From the sequence record NC_010537.1: a stretch of DNA of 41,172 nt; one strand, 5' to 3'. Numbering within the stretch: position 1 is the first letter of the stretch; the number at the start of each line of letters is the position of its first letter. Shown here in pieces: positions 15,236 through 24,422 of the stretch. The notes under the pieces are model-generated. The model was not told the DNA's origin. It did not search any database and saw only the letters and a list, made by a program, of their open reading frames with translations. Position numbers and translations under genes: made by a program.

Positions 15236-15631
15236 CTATTCTTCTTCTTCATAGCCTAAAAGTTTTTTCAGTTTTTTCTTATTCTTCTTTTTTATAGGTT
15301 CTATTTCTACATCGGTATTCTGAGCTTGTTTTTGTTGCATAAACTGTTGGGCTAACATCATTTGTAGCCAATTCCCTCCTCCTTCACCTCCGGGTCTTAT
15401 TATTCCCGCTTGAGTCAGTAGCTGTACCATTTCATTAATGTGGTTTAATGCTACTTGTATGTCCTCCAATGTCCATTTTCCCTTCAAATGATTGTCCAGA
15501 ATTCCGGCTATCGTTTTCACAGCTTGTCTTACTTTATCCAATTGCGAATTAGTCTCGTCAAGTTTTTTCTGTAACTCTTCTACTTTTTTACTGAGTTCTG
15601 AAATAATTTCCTCTTGAGTTTTCTCACTCAT
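15236..15631 (-). CDS. Coiled-coil protein, 131 aa, in the capsid operon
   Basis: Heptad N-terminus; Gly- and Gln-rich linker. Confidence 0.8.
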   Translation of the reverse strand: MSEKTQEEIISELSKKVEELQKKLDETNSQLDKVRQAVKTIAGILDNHLKGKWTLEDIQVALNHINEMVQLLTQAGIIRPGGEGGGNWLQMMLAQQFMQQKQAQNTDVEIEPIKKKNKKKLKKLLGYEEEE

Positions 15632-16160
15632 TTCCTAACACCTCCTCAATCTTTCTCGTAATGCTATCGGCTTTTTGCGACCTTACATACAATACAATGT
15701 ATCCGTACTTTTCATCATTACCGAATTTGACTCTTAGGTTCCTCATGTGGTTCCCGGCTCTCATTTTCGTCTCTTGTAACGTTTTTTCCAGTATTCTAAG
15801 CACAACATCGCTTAATGATACCATTATTACCGCATCGCCGTCATCTGTAATGTATGCTCCGGAATCTATGCCCAATTTCTTGAGTTTTGCCAATATTTTC
15901 GAGTTCACTTCCTTTAAGTCTTCGTCCACAAGCTCCTTCATACCGACAAGGAACATTTTACCGTTTTTTAACTTCAGCTCCCAAATTTCCTTGTTTATAT
16001 CCTCTGTCAGTTTATTAGCAAGTTGTTCATAATCTATAGCTATCACAACACTTTTTTCATTTATGGCACCGCTTATCGGGTTTATACCTAATTTCTTCAG
16101 CGATTCAACGAACACTTTGAAAACGTAAGCAACAGAACCCAATAGTTTTACTTTATCCAT
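15624..16160 (-). CDS. Hypothetical protein, 178 aa, internal duplication
   Basis: LKKLGI...I..EQLANKL repeated as LKKLGI...VSLSDVVLRIL. Confidence 0.8.
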   Translation of the reverse strand: MDKVKLLGSVAYVFKVFVESLKKLGINPISGAINEKSVVIAIDYEQLANKLTEDINKEIWELKLKNGKMFLVGMKELVDEDLKEVNSKILAKLKKLGIDSGAYITDDGDAVIMVSLSDVVLRILEKTLQETKMRAGNHMRNLRVKFGNDEKYGYIVLYVRSQKADSITRKIEEVLGNE

Positions 16161-16197
16161 ATCTCAAAATGAGTAAAAGAAATATAAAAATATATTA

Positions 16198-16701
16198 TCA
16201 CTTACCCGCACGTTTCATTAATTCTTTTTCAATTTCCGTTAATACGAGCGACATATCTACAACGTGTGGGTGACCGGCTTTGTCCAGGAATGTGAAAACG
16301 AAACCGCCACTGGTTGTTAATGTGCCGGGTGCGGATTTCAGCATTAAAGTCCATAGGAAGTTGTGATGCATTTCCGTTAATGGTTCTCCTTTATAGTCAA
16401 GTATGTAGTTTGCCAATACTTTCTCAGCATAAGCCATTAACAAGCCTTGATATGTGGTTGGGATAAAGTACTTTTCCGCAATTGATTTCACTACTTCCTT
16501 TGCAATATGTGATGGTTGATAATCCGTCAGCCAATTATACGTTTCGTCGTAGGAGAGTCTAGCTATAGTCTTTACGACTTCCGGGTTCATTGCCATCTCT
16601 TTTCCTGCAGTGTGTGCTAAAGTCCCTAAGTTCATTGTAAACCTTTTTGCATAATACCTATATACTGATGCGGAACTTAATCTCCTGTTTTTCCTAGCCA
16701 C
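16198..16701 (-). CDS. Major capsid protein (SIFV/AFV3 MCP, 167 aa)
   Basis: Basic N-terminus MARKNRRLSSASVYRYY, characteristic of betalipothrixvirus MCP; adjacent to the second MCP. Confidence 0.9.
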   Translation of the reverse strand: MARKNRRLSSASVYRYYAKRFTMNLGTLAHTAGKEMAMNPEVVKTIARLSYDETYNWLTDYQPSHIAKEVVKSIAEKYFIPTTYQGLLMAYAEKVLANYILDYKGEPLTEMHHNFLWTLMLKSAPGTLTTSGGFVFTFLDKAGHPHVVDMSLVLTEIEKELMKRAGK

Positions 16702-16712
16702 CTAACACCACC

Positions 16713-17327
16713 TCATAACCCTCTTTCAATATCTTCTAGTGCCTTATATCCGGATTCCATACTGGAGAACGTTGGAGTACCCGCATAGTGTGGTGGTGGA
16801 GTCGGCGTTGCAGACTTTAATGCGGTTCCGGCGAAGCTGTTGGGTAATGATGGGTTCTTTATCACGATATCGTCTACAACTCTTACTACGTTAGCAGGTG
16901 TTAGTTCAACTTCTCCTAATTGTTGTGCAACAAATGGTACTAGGTTCTTTAATTGGTTGCCTACATCGGCAAGAATAGTTCTTGTAACGTCAGCCGGGAT
17001 TCCTCTAGCTAGGAACTTTGTTACAAGGAATGATGCAGTTTCTTTATGAGTCAGGTAAACTGCATATATTGCCTCATTTATTATTTGCCATAATGGGAAA
17101 GTCGAACCGCTACCTGCAAGGCTTGCTAGTTTATTCCTTAACGCATCGTGTATTTTAGTGTATATGTTCTCGAATATTTCCTTATAATCCGAATACATGT
17201 TTTCTGCGACTTCCTCAGCATACTTTTCGCCCATGTAGTTCTGCAGTATTCCGAACATTTTTCCTTTATATCTTCCCGCTGTAGTTTTCCTAATATCAAA
17301 CTTCCTATGTGCTTGCCTACCAGCCAT
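16713..17327 (-). CDS. Major capsid protein (SIFV/AFV3 MCP, 204 aa)
   Basis: MAGRQAHRKFDIR...RYKGK N-terminus; helical SIRV2-fold-like composition. Confidence 0.9.
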   Translation of the reverse strand: MAGRQAHRKFDIRKTTAGRYKGKMFGILQNYMGEKYAEEVAENMYSDYKEIFENIYTKIHDALRNKLASLAGSGSTFPLWQIINEAIYAVYLTHKETASFLVTKFLARGIPADVTRTILADVGNQLKNLVPFVAQQLGEVELTPANVVRVVDDIVIKNPSLPNSFAGTALKSATPTPPPHYAGTPTFSSMESGYKALEDIERGL

Positions 17328-17386
17328 ATTCCTACCGTGTTATGTTTCACAAATAAAATATATAAACGTTTGGATACAGATATAAT

Positions 17387-17680
17387 ATGATGATACGGAC
17401 TAAGACAGAATTAATAAGGTGGATATTCATAACCCTTGCAAGTATGAAAGGTAACGGTATAAAATTCGTCCCTTATCTTGTTTACGAATTACTGGACAAT
17501 TCCAGTGTTTCGAGTAAAGTGAAAGAACGTATATTAATATATACAGACCAGCTTGAAACGGGAAAGATTACGCCGAGAGAGTATGCGAGATTAATATTCC
17601 TTGAGTATCCCAAGCCAACGAGAACGGGGAGGATATTAAGATATAAGGTAGGCGAAGCTGTAACACTCATCTTGAAATAA
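17387..17680 (+). CDS. Hypothetical protein, 97 aa
   Basis: Divergent from the MCP genes, with an upstream TATA. Confidence 0.75.
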   Translation: MMIRTKTELIRWIFITLASMKGNGIKFVPYLVYELLDNSSVSSKVKERILIYTDQLETGKITPREYARLIFLEYPKPTRTGRILRYKVGEAVTLILK

Positions 17681-17860
17681 GTCCTCAAGTTGAGACGGGA
17701 TATAAAGCACTTTCCTCTTCGCAGTTCTTATACATTTTAACCCTACTATCTTATCCTTGACGATAACGGGATAAACATGTCCCTCTTTAAAGTTATCCTG
17801 AAGAGAAGCGGGAACGTAAAGAACCTTCTTGTTACCTATTTCCCTTAAACAAAGGCTCAT
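17636..17860 (-). CDS. Small protein with two AbrB/SpoVT-like repeats, 74 aa
   Basis: ATGA overlap start at 17860; KVLYVPASL and KVLYIPSQL repeats. Confidence 0.65.
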   Translation of the reverse strand: MSLCLREIGNKKVLYVPASLQDNFKEGHVYPVIVKDKIVGLKCIRTAKRKVLYIPSQLEDLFQDECYSFAYLIS

Positions 17861-18345
17861 TCGAAAAGCACCCCATATACGCCACAATTCACGGGTTTAT
17901 TATAACGGAATGCTAGACTTAAACACCATCCGATAGCTTCTATACTCATTGGGTTCATGTCCCATTTTATGTTCACTCTAATTAAAGGTTCACTATTATC
18001 GTTGTACCCCGTCCTAGTTTTTACCACGTTAGCTTCCTCATGGTAAAATAATTCCCTACCTACCCATATATATACGGCGTTATTATAAAGTGAGAAAGGA
18101 GGGTTTAAATAAATTGATGATGCACCCGCTAACCCAAGCCTTGCTAACAGCACGGGTACGAATTCCGTTTTAGGGTCGTAGATTTTAAAGTATGCTAGTA
18201 TCACATCAAATGAATCCGTGCATAGCTCATACTTCTTTAGATATTCATCCTCAAAACCGTACTCAAAGCCGTTCAGACATACATATCTCTTGTTTGATGT
18301 TAAGTATTTATCATAAACCGTTTTTGCTAATTCATAAGTCTCCAT
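17857..18345 (-). CDS. Hypothetical protein, 162 aa
   Basis: GGAGGT RBS upstream of ATG 18345. Confidence 0.75.
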   Translation of the reverse strand: METYELAKTVYDKYLTSNKRYVCLNGFEYGFEDEYLKKYELCTDSFDVILAYFKIYDPKTEFVPVLLARLGLAGASSIYLNPPFSLYNNAVYIWVGRELFYHEEANVVKTRTGYNDNSEPLIRVNIKWDMNPMSIEAIGWCLSLAFRYNKPVNCGVYGVLFE

Positions 18346-18349
18346 AATA

Positions 18350-19030
18350 TCATCTAACCTCCTTTGCACTTATAACTTTTCTGCACTCATCTATATCGTG
18401 TCCTATCCTTTCAACGCATTCCGGACTGCTACAATCCATAGCTAAAAGCGTCAAAATGCTACCGGCACGGTCGAAATCGTGGGCGAAAATAGCTTCAACG
18501 AATTTTACAACGTCACCTTTCAGCCCGAAATATTTGGCAACATCCCAACATTCGGGATAACGGGAATGCACGTAGTCCTTTGCACGATACCACTCACTGC
18601 CACGAGCAATGGATTTACCGCTTTTTAGTGATAACTTAACGATTAACCTATCAAGGTCGAAGTCTCCCTGCTTGGGAGGTGTTGATGCTGGAGAAACTAC
18701 AGGTGCGGAGACCATTTTCTCAAGTTCACTACATAATGCTCTAGCTTCCATGAATAGTTGTAAAGCGTTAGGGTAGGAAGCATAGAACGGCATGCTGAAA
18801 GCGGAATACCTGTTTAAAACGGGGTCGTAAAACATGTGGAGGTGGTCATTGGTTACCGTAACATTAATAGAAACCTCGTTGCATTGAACAAGAGCAACGC
18901 CCTTAATGTAGTAAGTATTAAACCTCCTCTCAACTCCGTTCTTTTTAGCATAATCGAGTAGCTTAGGAAAAATCGCAGGAGTCCACTGAACCACTGAAAT
19001 AACCCCTAGCTTTATTTTTCGCTTTCTCAC
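18350..19030 (-). CDS. Hypothetical protein, up to 226 aa (start may be GTG 18994)
   Basis: Long ORF in the operon; GGGGT RBS precedes GTG 18994. Confidence 0.75.
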   Translation of the reverse strand: MRKRKIKLGVISVVQWTPAIFPKLLDYAKKNGVERRFNTYYIKGVALVQCNEVSINVTVTNDHLHMFYDPVLNRYSAFSMPFYASYPNALQLFMEARALCSELEKMVSAPVVSPASTPPKQGDFDLDRLIVKLSLKSGKSIARGSEWYRAKDYVHSRYPECWDVAKYFGLKGDVVKFVEAIFAHDFDRAGSILTLLAMDCSSPECVERIGHDIDECRKVISAKEVR

Positions 19031-19814
19031 TTAAATCTTCATATTCTTCCTTTTTCATTTCAATAGCGTGCTGAATTTCATAACGTAGTTCGTGCAGTGA
19101 CAAATCCCATACCTTGAAGCAATGCTTGTTGTACGTACAATACGTGTATTCGTCTATCGGGTCTATTGGAATACCGATAAGGTTTTCCTTAAACCCGTGA
19201 GCGTTAAGGTAAATAGGTACAACCCCTAAAGCCATTGCTTCAATAGGAGGTATTCCGAATCCTTCAGACCTTGATAAAGCAAGGAAGAACTTACTCCTAG
19301 CATAGAGCCTATATTTATCTTCTTCACTTAATTGGAAGGTTTGGTAGTCGGGGTTGCCTAAATTGCCTACGATAATTGTTTTGTCCCTAACGTTAAACTG
19401 TCTTGTTACCTCGTCCGCAAGGATAAGGTTCTTCCTATCGAAATACCTACTCTCCCCGAGTGTAATAAATAACTTGTCCTTTTTCTCTTTCACGAAAATA
19501 GGCTTAATGTGCCTCTTCCTTACTTCCTTAACCTTATATCCTAACTTGATAAACATTTCATAATTCCAATAAGAGGGGACAATGAAATTATCGTATTTAG
19601 CCATTTCATCCTTATAGTATAATGCGTTATATACAGTATCACCCCATAAGAGGCAATGTACCTCGTCCTCAAGTCCTTTTATCCTTTTCAGAAATAGGAC
19701 GGGGTCATCGATACAGATATCGGCGTCAAAGAGGTTTCCGGTTATTTCGAACCCTTCATATTCCGCTACTTTCTCATAACTGCAATTTTCACAAGGGACG
19801 TATGCCTTAACCAT
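18963..19814 (-). CDS. GT-B (GT4-like) glycosyltransferase, 283 aa
   Basis: SRSEGFGIPPIEAMALG motif; N-terminal CENCSYE. Confidence 0.9.
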   Translation of the reverse strand: MVKAYVPCENCSYEKVAEYEGFEITGNLFDADICIDDPVLFLKRIKGLEDEVHCLLWGDTVYNALYYKDEMAKYDNFIVPSYWNYEMFIKLGYKVKEVRKRHIKPIFVKEKKDKLFITLGESRYFDRKNLILADEVTRQFNVRDKTIIVGNLGNPDYQTFQLSEEDKYRLYARSKFFLALSRSEGFGIPPIEAMALGVVPIYLNAHGFKENLIGIPIDPIDEYTYCTYNKHCFKVWDLSLHELRYEIQHAIEMKKEEYEDLSEKAKNKARGYFSGSVDSCDFS

Positions 19815-20463
19815 ATATATCAACCGGCTTAGGTATCGTTACAGCGTTTACTATTTCATTACATAATTCGCTTTTAGCTTTATTAAATACTCCTCCTTCC
19901 TTGTACCTCCATTCGAGAAAATTCCTACTGCATGTAAAATATATCCCGGATTCATAATTCTTCATACTCCCGGTAATTCTGACCAACAGATTGTAATACC
20001 TATCCCTCCAACCCTGAAAATTAAAGGGTATGAACACGGTACCATGAACCTCCAGCCTCGGTATCGTTAGGTTATATGTGTAGTATGTCCTAGATTTACT
20101 GTCTATAGGAGTGAAATTTATGAAAAACCCGAGAGGGGTAAGCTCTCCAGATATATTATATCTATCAAAGAATAATGCAAAACTTATGTATTTATACAGG
20201 TTCATCGTCCCGTCTTTTACGGCTTTTTCTATAAACCTGCGTAGCATTATTTCCGTCATAAAATCACAAGGTTTCCCCGTATATTTGTAAAATTCCTTAA
20301 ACTCGTTTACTATTTTTTCAGAAATCGGTAGCCTCAGTATATCGTAACCTAAACCTTTAATATTAATTATGTATTGTTGGTATATATTACTGAACCCGCT
20401 TAATTTTATTTCAATATCATATTTATCACATACTATCTCATTTTCAGTAACTATCAGAATCAT
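19807..20463 (-). CDS. Hypothetical protein, 218 aa
   Basis: GGAGGTG RBS at 20476-20470 supports ATG 20463 rather than 20550. Confidence 0.75.
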   Translation of the reverse strand: MILIVTENEIVCDKYDIEIKLSGFSNIYQQYIINIKGLGYDILRLPISEKIVNEFKEFYKYTGKPCDFMTEIMLRRFIEKAVKDGTMNLYKYISFALFFDRYNISGELTPLGFFINFTPIDSKSRTYYTYNLTIPRLEVHGTVFIPFNFQGWRDRYYNLLVRITGSMKNYESGIYFTCSRNFLEWRYKEGGVFNKAKSELCNEIVNAVTIPKPVDIYG

Positions 20464-21253
20464 ACACGGCACCTCCGGAATCGCCGGGTACGGATACTGC
20501 CTTAACTTTGAACCCTTTCTTGAAGCGAAGTATGTAATTACCATTAGCAACGTAGTTTATTTCAACATTATCACTAACCACCTCACCTTCCCTCATTCCC
20601 GATACTGCACTATACAACTTTAGTTTCATTCCGACTTTCAACGGGGGGCAGTCCTCTCTTCTAGGCAGTATATCGGGTAACTTCGAAGCATATGTATATT
20701 CACCAAGAACGGCACTAATAACGCCGTAAGCACACACTTCTTTTCCCATGACACTCAATAGCTTATAGGGATATGTGTAATTAGTATACATTATAGCTAC
20801 TTCGTATTCACCCTCGAATATGTATTTTTTCAGTATGTAGTTCGTGAGTACTACGGGAGGAGTAAGTATGTGAACCCTCCATCTACGGTTTTGGAAATAC
20901 CCCGCATTAGGTACGTTTATAGACTCTCCTCCCTTGTAAGTAGCGGTCATGGCGACATGCCATGCGGTTACACCGTAGTTCTGGAAAATGAACCCCATGC
21001 TACCGGTAGAGGAATAATACGTAATACCACGGTTTAATAGAAGACCGTTAGGATGAGTACCCAACCATTCCGGTTCCGTAAGCATGAGTGTATCTATACG
21101 TAAATCCGTTATTGCGTCTTCATTATACTTTTCAGTAGAACTTACGGGATTTAACGGGACGAGCTTATAATGGGAAGGTGGTATTAAGTCCTTATATTTA
21201 GGGTTATACTCTATGAGTTTATTACGTTTATCAACAGCATATGCGATTTCCAT
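20444..21253 (-). CDS. Putative chymotrypsin-fold serine protease, 269 aa
   Basis: STGSMGF, GVTAWHV (H99), YEVAI (E151), KVGMKLKLYSAVSGMREGEV, SVPGDSGGAV (S259). Confidence 0.65.
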   Translation of the reverse strand: MEIAYAVDKRNKLIEYNPKYKDLIPPSHYKLVPLNPVSSTEKYNEDAITDLRIDTLMLTEPEWLGTHPNGLLLNRGITYYSSTGSMGFIFQNYGVTAWHVAMTATYKGGESINVPNAGYFQNRRWRVHILTPPVVLTNYILKKYIFEGEYEVAIMYTNYTYPYKLLSVMGKEVCAYGVISAVLGEYTYASKLPDILPRREDCPPLKVGMKLKLYSAVSGMREGEVVSDNVEINYVANGNYILRFKKGFKVKAVSVPGDSGGAVYDSDSY

Positions 21254-21376
21254 ATTTTTAATGTTGCCGGAAAAGTTTTAAATTAATCAGGAAGGAGGTA
21301 ATTACCTTAGACATAATGTATTGTATCCACTTGTAATTTATAACACGACAACATAATAACAAATCAGTGGATAGAT

Positions 21377-21595
21377 ATGAGCTATGCACAAGTAAGCTCT
21401 GCTCTAAGCTCAGTAGCAACATCAATAGTAACCGCAATAGCAAACTTTCTTAGTGGTATAGCAAGCTTCATAGCAAACAACGCCGACCTATTCGTAGGTA
21501 TAGCAGTAGCAGGAATGGTAATAGGTTTAATAGCAAAATTCGGAACAAGCCTACCATTCGTCGGTCAATTCCTCAGCTATTTAGGTCTATCATAA
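21377..21595 (+). CDS. Small hydrophobic protein, 72 aa (candidate envelope or virion protein)
   Basis: Amphipathic N-terminal helix plus TM helix; biased codon usage like a highly expressed gene; own TATA. Confidence 0.75.
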   Translation: MSYAQVSSALSSVATSIVTAIANFLSGIASFIANNADLFVGIAVAGMVIGLIAKFGTSLPFVGQFLSYLGLS

Positions 21596-21616
21596 AAAAA
21601 GTAATTTCTTATTTTT

Positions 21617-21898
21617 TTACATATCTCCTTCACACAGCTTACTCTTTTTCAATTCCGGTACATGTGTACACAAAACTAAGACGATTGCGTTAAGCTTCTT
21701 ACTTATTTCACTCTCATTTAATGCCTTAATGATTATCTCGGTCATTTCCTCACTTTGCATGTATTCCCTTACCTCTTTCCTTATTTCCTCCTTTTTAGCA
21801 ACGGCATTAATATGTTTTATACGCATGAGTGTGTATATGATGGATACAATATAAAATAAACTGGAAATCATGTAAATAATTTGGAATAACATTGCCAT
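21617..21898 (-). CDS. Probable virus-associated pyramid (egress) protein, SIFV gp43-like, 93 aa
   Basis: TGATG overlap start; single N-terminal TM followed by a helical soluble part; size and position next to a glycosyltransferase agree with gp43 as recalled. Confidence 0.55.
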   Translation of the reverse strand: MAMLFQIIYMISSLFYIVSIIYTLMRIKHINAVAKKEEIRKEVREYMQSEEMTEIIIKALNESEISKKLNAIVLVLCTHVPELKKSKLCEGDM

Positions 21899-22890
21899 CA
21901 CAATATCTTCTCCCATTCTTTTGCCATATTCAAGTAGCTGTACCTTTCTCTATAAAGTACAGCCCTATTCTCTAGGTTCTCCTTCTTCTTATCTAAGCTC
22001 CAATTAGCCAACGCAATTACTAATTTCTGGTATGCGTCCTCAGTATCGGGGTCTAGGAAATAACCTACATGAAAGGGGTTTGTATACCACAGTTTAACTT
22101 TCCTACCTACTTTAATCCAATAAGCGTCTTCCTCGGACAAAACCCATTCACTCCACGCACCTTTTTCCGTAACCACAACGTCCAAACCTAAAGCCAACGC
22201 TTCTATCACCGGTATTTCAAACGCACCTCCACGAACGGGGTAAAATAAGATATCACACCCTGCAAATATCGAATAATAGTCCGGGTCTGGTAGAGGTGTC
22301 TTTATTGCGTTTAGTCCTCTTAATCTGGGTTCCAACATATTAGACACCAAAATCAGAGGGTAGAAATGGTACCCGGCTTTCATCAGTTCTTGGAATACTT
22401 TAACCACCACATCTCCTCCTTTTCTGTCCCAACTGTGAGGCAATATTGCAAGGACGCATGGGTGTGGCATTTCCTTAGGAGGATACGAAAACATGTCCGG
22501 GTTTAAAGCATGCGGGATAACGTAAATTGGCTGAGGTATGGGTAATTTAAGAGTATAGAAAGCGTTTTTAGACCATTGTGATGGTACTACTATTTCATCA
22601 ACCGGTTGTTGTCTGAAAAAATATAAAGCGGTATGGCTCACCGCATCGGTGTCCGCTACTTCGAAAACTATATTTTTACCGTGATGAGAGATACCCTTCC
22701 AGAATAATTGAGTATTGTAAATGGTATAATAGATATAATCGTTAAAACCCGGAGGTAGGTCTTCTTTTCTGGTCTTGTTTTTATCGAAGGGTATAACTTC
22801 ATGTCCTAACTCTTTCAGCCCCTTCTCTAATAATTTACCCTGTCTACCGAAACTGGTATCGATGAAGTCCCTAACCAAAGCTATCTTCAT
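21898..22890 (-). CDS. GT-B (GT4-like) glycosyltransferase, 330 aa
   Basis: VVPSQWSK, VIPHAL, WDRKGGD and GGAFEIPVIEALALG motifs. Confidence 0.92.
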   Translation of the reverse strand: MKIALVRDFIDTSFGRQGKLLEKGLKELGHEVIPFDKNKTRKEDLPPGFNDYIYYTIYNTQLFWKGISHHGKNIVFEVADTDAVSHTALYFFRQQPVDEIVVPSQWSKNAFYTLKLPIPQPIYVIPHALNPDMFSYPPKEMPHPCVLAILPHSWDRKGGDVVVKVFQELMKAGYHFYPLILVSNMLEPRLRGLNAIKTPLPDPDYYSIFAGCDILFYPVRGGAFEIPVIEALALGLDVVVTEKGAWSEWVLSEEDAYWIKVGRKVKLWYTNPFHVGYFLDPDTEDAYQKLVIALANWSLDKKKENLENRAVLYRERYSYLNMAKEWEKIL

Positions 22891-22967
22891 ATGGTAATTA
22901 TAAGTAGGTTGTTCTTTAAATAGTTTAATGTGAAAAGATAAAAGTTAGAATTAGCAATATTATAAAC

Positions 22968-23180
22968 ATGGCAGAAGCAATTTTAGGATTCTTAGGAGGG
23001 AACAGTATAGTAAGCTCAATAAATGATATAGTGAACAATATATTTATATGGCTACGTAAAATGTTCATGACAATATGGCGTACAATTGTAACGTTATACT
23101 ATAAGATAATCGATTACTTTATGAAAGACCCCGTAGGAGCAATAACGTTCATAGGGGAACTTATAGTTTTCTTAAGTTAG
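22968..23180 (+). CDS. Small amphipathic/membrane protein, 70 aa
   Basis: First gene of the rightward structural operon; hydrophobic helices. Confidence 0.7.
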   Translation: MAEAILGFLGGNSIVSSINDIVNNIFIWLRKMFMTIWRTIVTLYYKIIDYFMKDPVGAITFIGELIVFLS

Positions 23181-23190
23181 GTGACACAGA

Positions 23191-23664
23191 ATGATATCAA
23201 TAGATGACGTTTACTTTCAGCTTATAATGATGCCGTTCCAAGCGTTGGGAATAAAATATGAGATGAGGAAAGAAGGTAGCATATACAAGGGGATAGTAAA
23301 CATAAAGGAGTTTAGGAAAATGTTCAAAAGTACATTAGGGAAAATGAGTGCGGTAAAACTGGACGAGAACACGATACAACTAATGAAGACCGGAGACATA
23401 AGCAATATTAAAGTTGAAGAAATGCAGGATGGAATAAAAATAGGTATGGGCGAAATAGGAGAGATAATCCTGACGGATGATAAATTAGCAGAAAAACTAA
23501 ATGAAACATTCAGAGAACAATTCGGCGACAACGTTACGGTTACCAAACAAGGCGAAACGATAGTAGTAACGGTAACAAATCCGCAGAAAATATTCCTTAA
23601 TGTACTTAATAAGGCAAACTCACCTATAAAATTAGAGAACGGTAAACTAGTATTCAAGTTGTGA
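23191..23664 (+). CDS. Hypothetical protein, 157 aa
   Basis: AGGTGA RBS; weak resemblance to ORF 15624-16160. Confidence 0.8.
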   Translation: MISIDDVYFQLIMMPFQALGIKYEMRKEGSIYKGIVNIKEFRKMFKSTLGKMSAVKLDENTIQLMKTGDISNIKVEEMQDGIKIGMGEIGEIILTDDKLAEKLNETFREQFGDNVTVTKQGETIVVTVTNPQKIFLNVLNKANSPIKLENGKLVFKL

Positions 23665-24422
23665 GTACAATGAGTTTATTTAATATTAACATATCGGGAG
23701 TAGCGAGCGAAGTAGAAACAGCTCTTTACGATTACTTAATTCAACCTATAGAGTGCCTTGTACAAGACGCAATAAATTGGATAGTTTACATTACGTTTTA
23801 TTTGGCTAAAGTAGTATGCGATTTAATATTCTCTTTCCTGCAGTCAGTATATAATTTCGTGTTGCAAATATTACAAAATATAATACAAGTAATAGCGGGG
23901 ACTATAAATAACGTAGTATCAACACTTAGGGCTAAATTAGTTCCTGCATTCGTAGTAGCTATAACTCCTAGAGGTGAAGAATTATTAATACGATATGCCA
24001 TTCGAGGAATAACGCACGCAAACAATTTCAAGCAGGGTTTAGTTAGGGGATTCTTAGCCGGTATGACAGGTATATCAATACCATTATTGGCATATTTATC
24101 GGGAATTATCATGGATAGCGTTATACCTAATACTCAAATAGACGTTACCAACTTATTGTTCCCAATCCAAACATTACAGCAGTTAAGCAAGGACATATGT
24201 TGCCCTATATCAGCAGTAACACCACCGCAGTGTAGTAATACTTGCGGAGTTACAGGATTTCCCGTATGCACTCCTCCGTGCCTTGAGTTATCTAACGGGA
24301 ACACGTATTGCTTCGGTGTACAATTCATATCCCAAACTTCAACGTCCACTACTCCAACAACATCGATACCGCCATCACAAGCAGTATATTTCTTACAACA
24401 GATGACGGTGACAACGTCATGA
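23661..24422 (+). CDS. Putative membrane/virion protein, 253 aa, with a Cys-rich and Thr/Pro-rich C-terminus
   Basis: Long amphipathic helices, TM segment, CCP...C...C...C...C...C tail. Confidence 0.8.
   Translation: MSTMSLFNINISGVASEVETALYDYLIQPIECLVQDAINWIVYITFYLAKVVCDLIFSFLQSVYNFVLQILQNIIQVIAGTINNVVSTLRAKLVPAFVVAITPRGEELLIRYAIRGITHANNFKQGLVRGFLAGMTGISIPLLAYLSGIIMDSVIPNTQIDVTNLLFPIQTLQQLSKDICCPISAVTPPQCSNTCGVTGFPVCTPPCLELSNGNTYCFGVQFISQTSTSTTPTTSIPPSQAVYFLQQMTVTTS

Noticed and set aside
19807-20550. Start at 20550 for the 247-aa ORF
   Set aside because: It would overlap the protease gene by 107 bp, whereas ATG 20463 has a perfect GGAGGTG RBS
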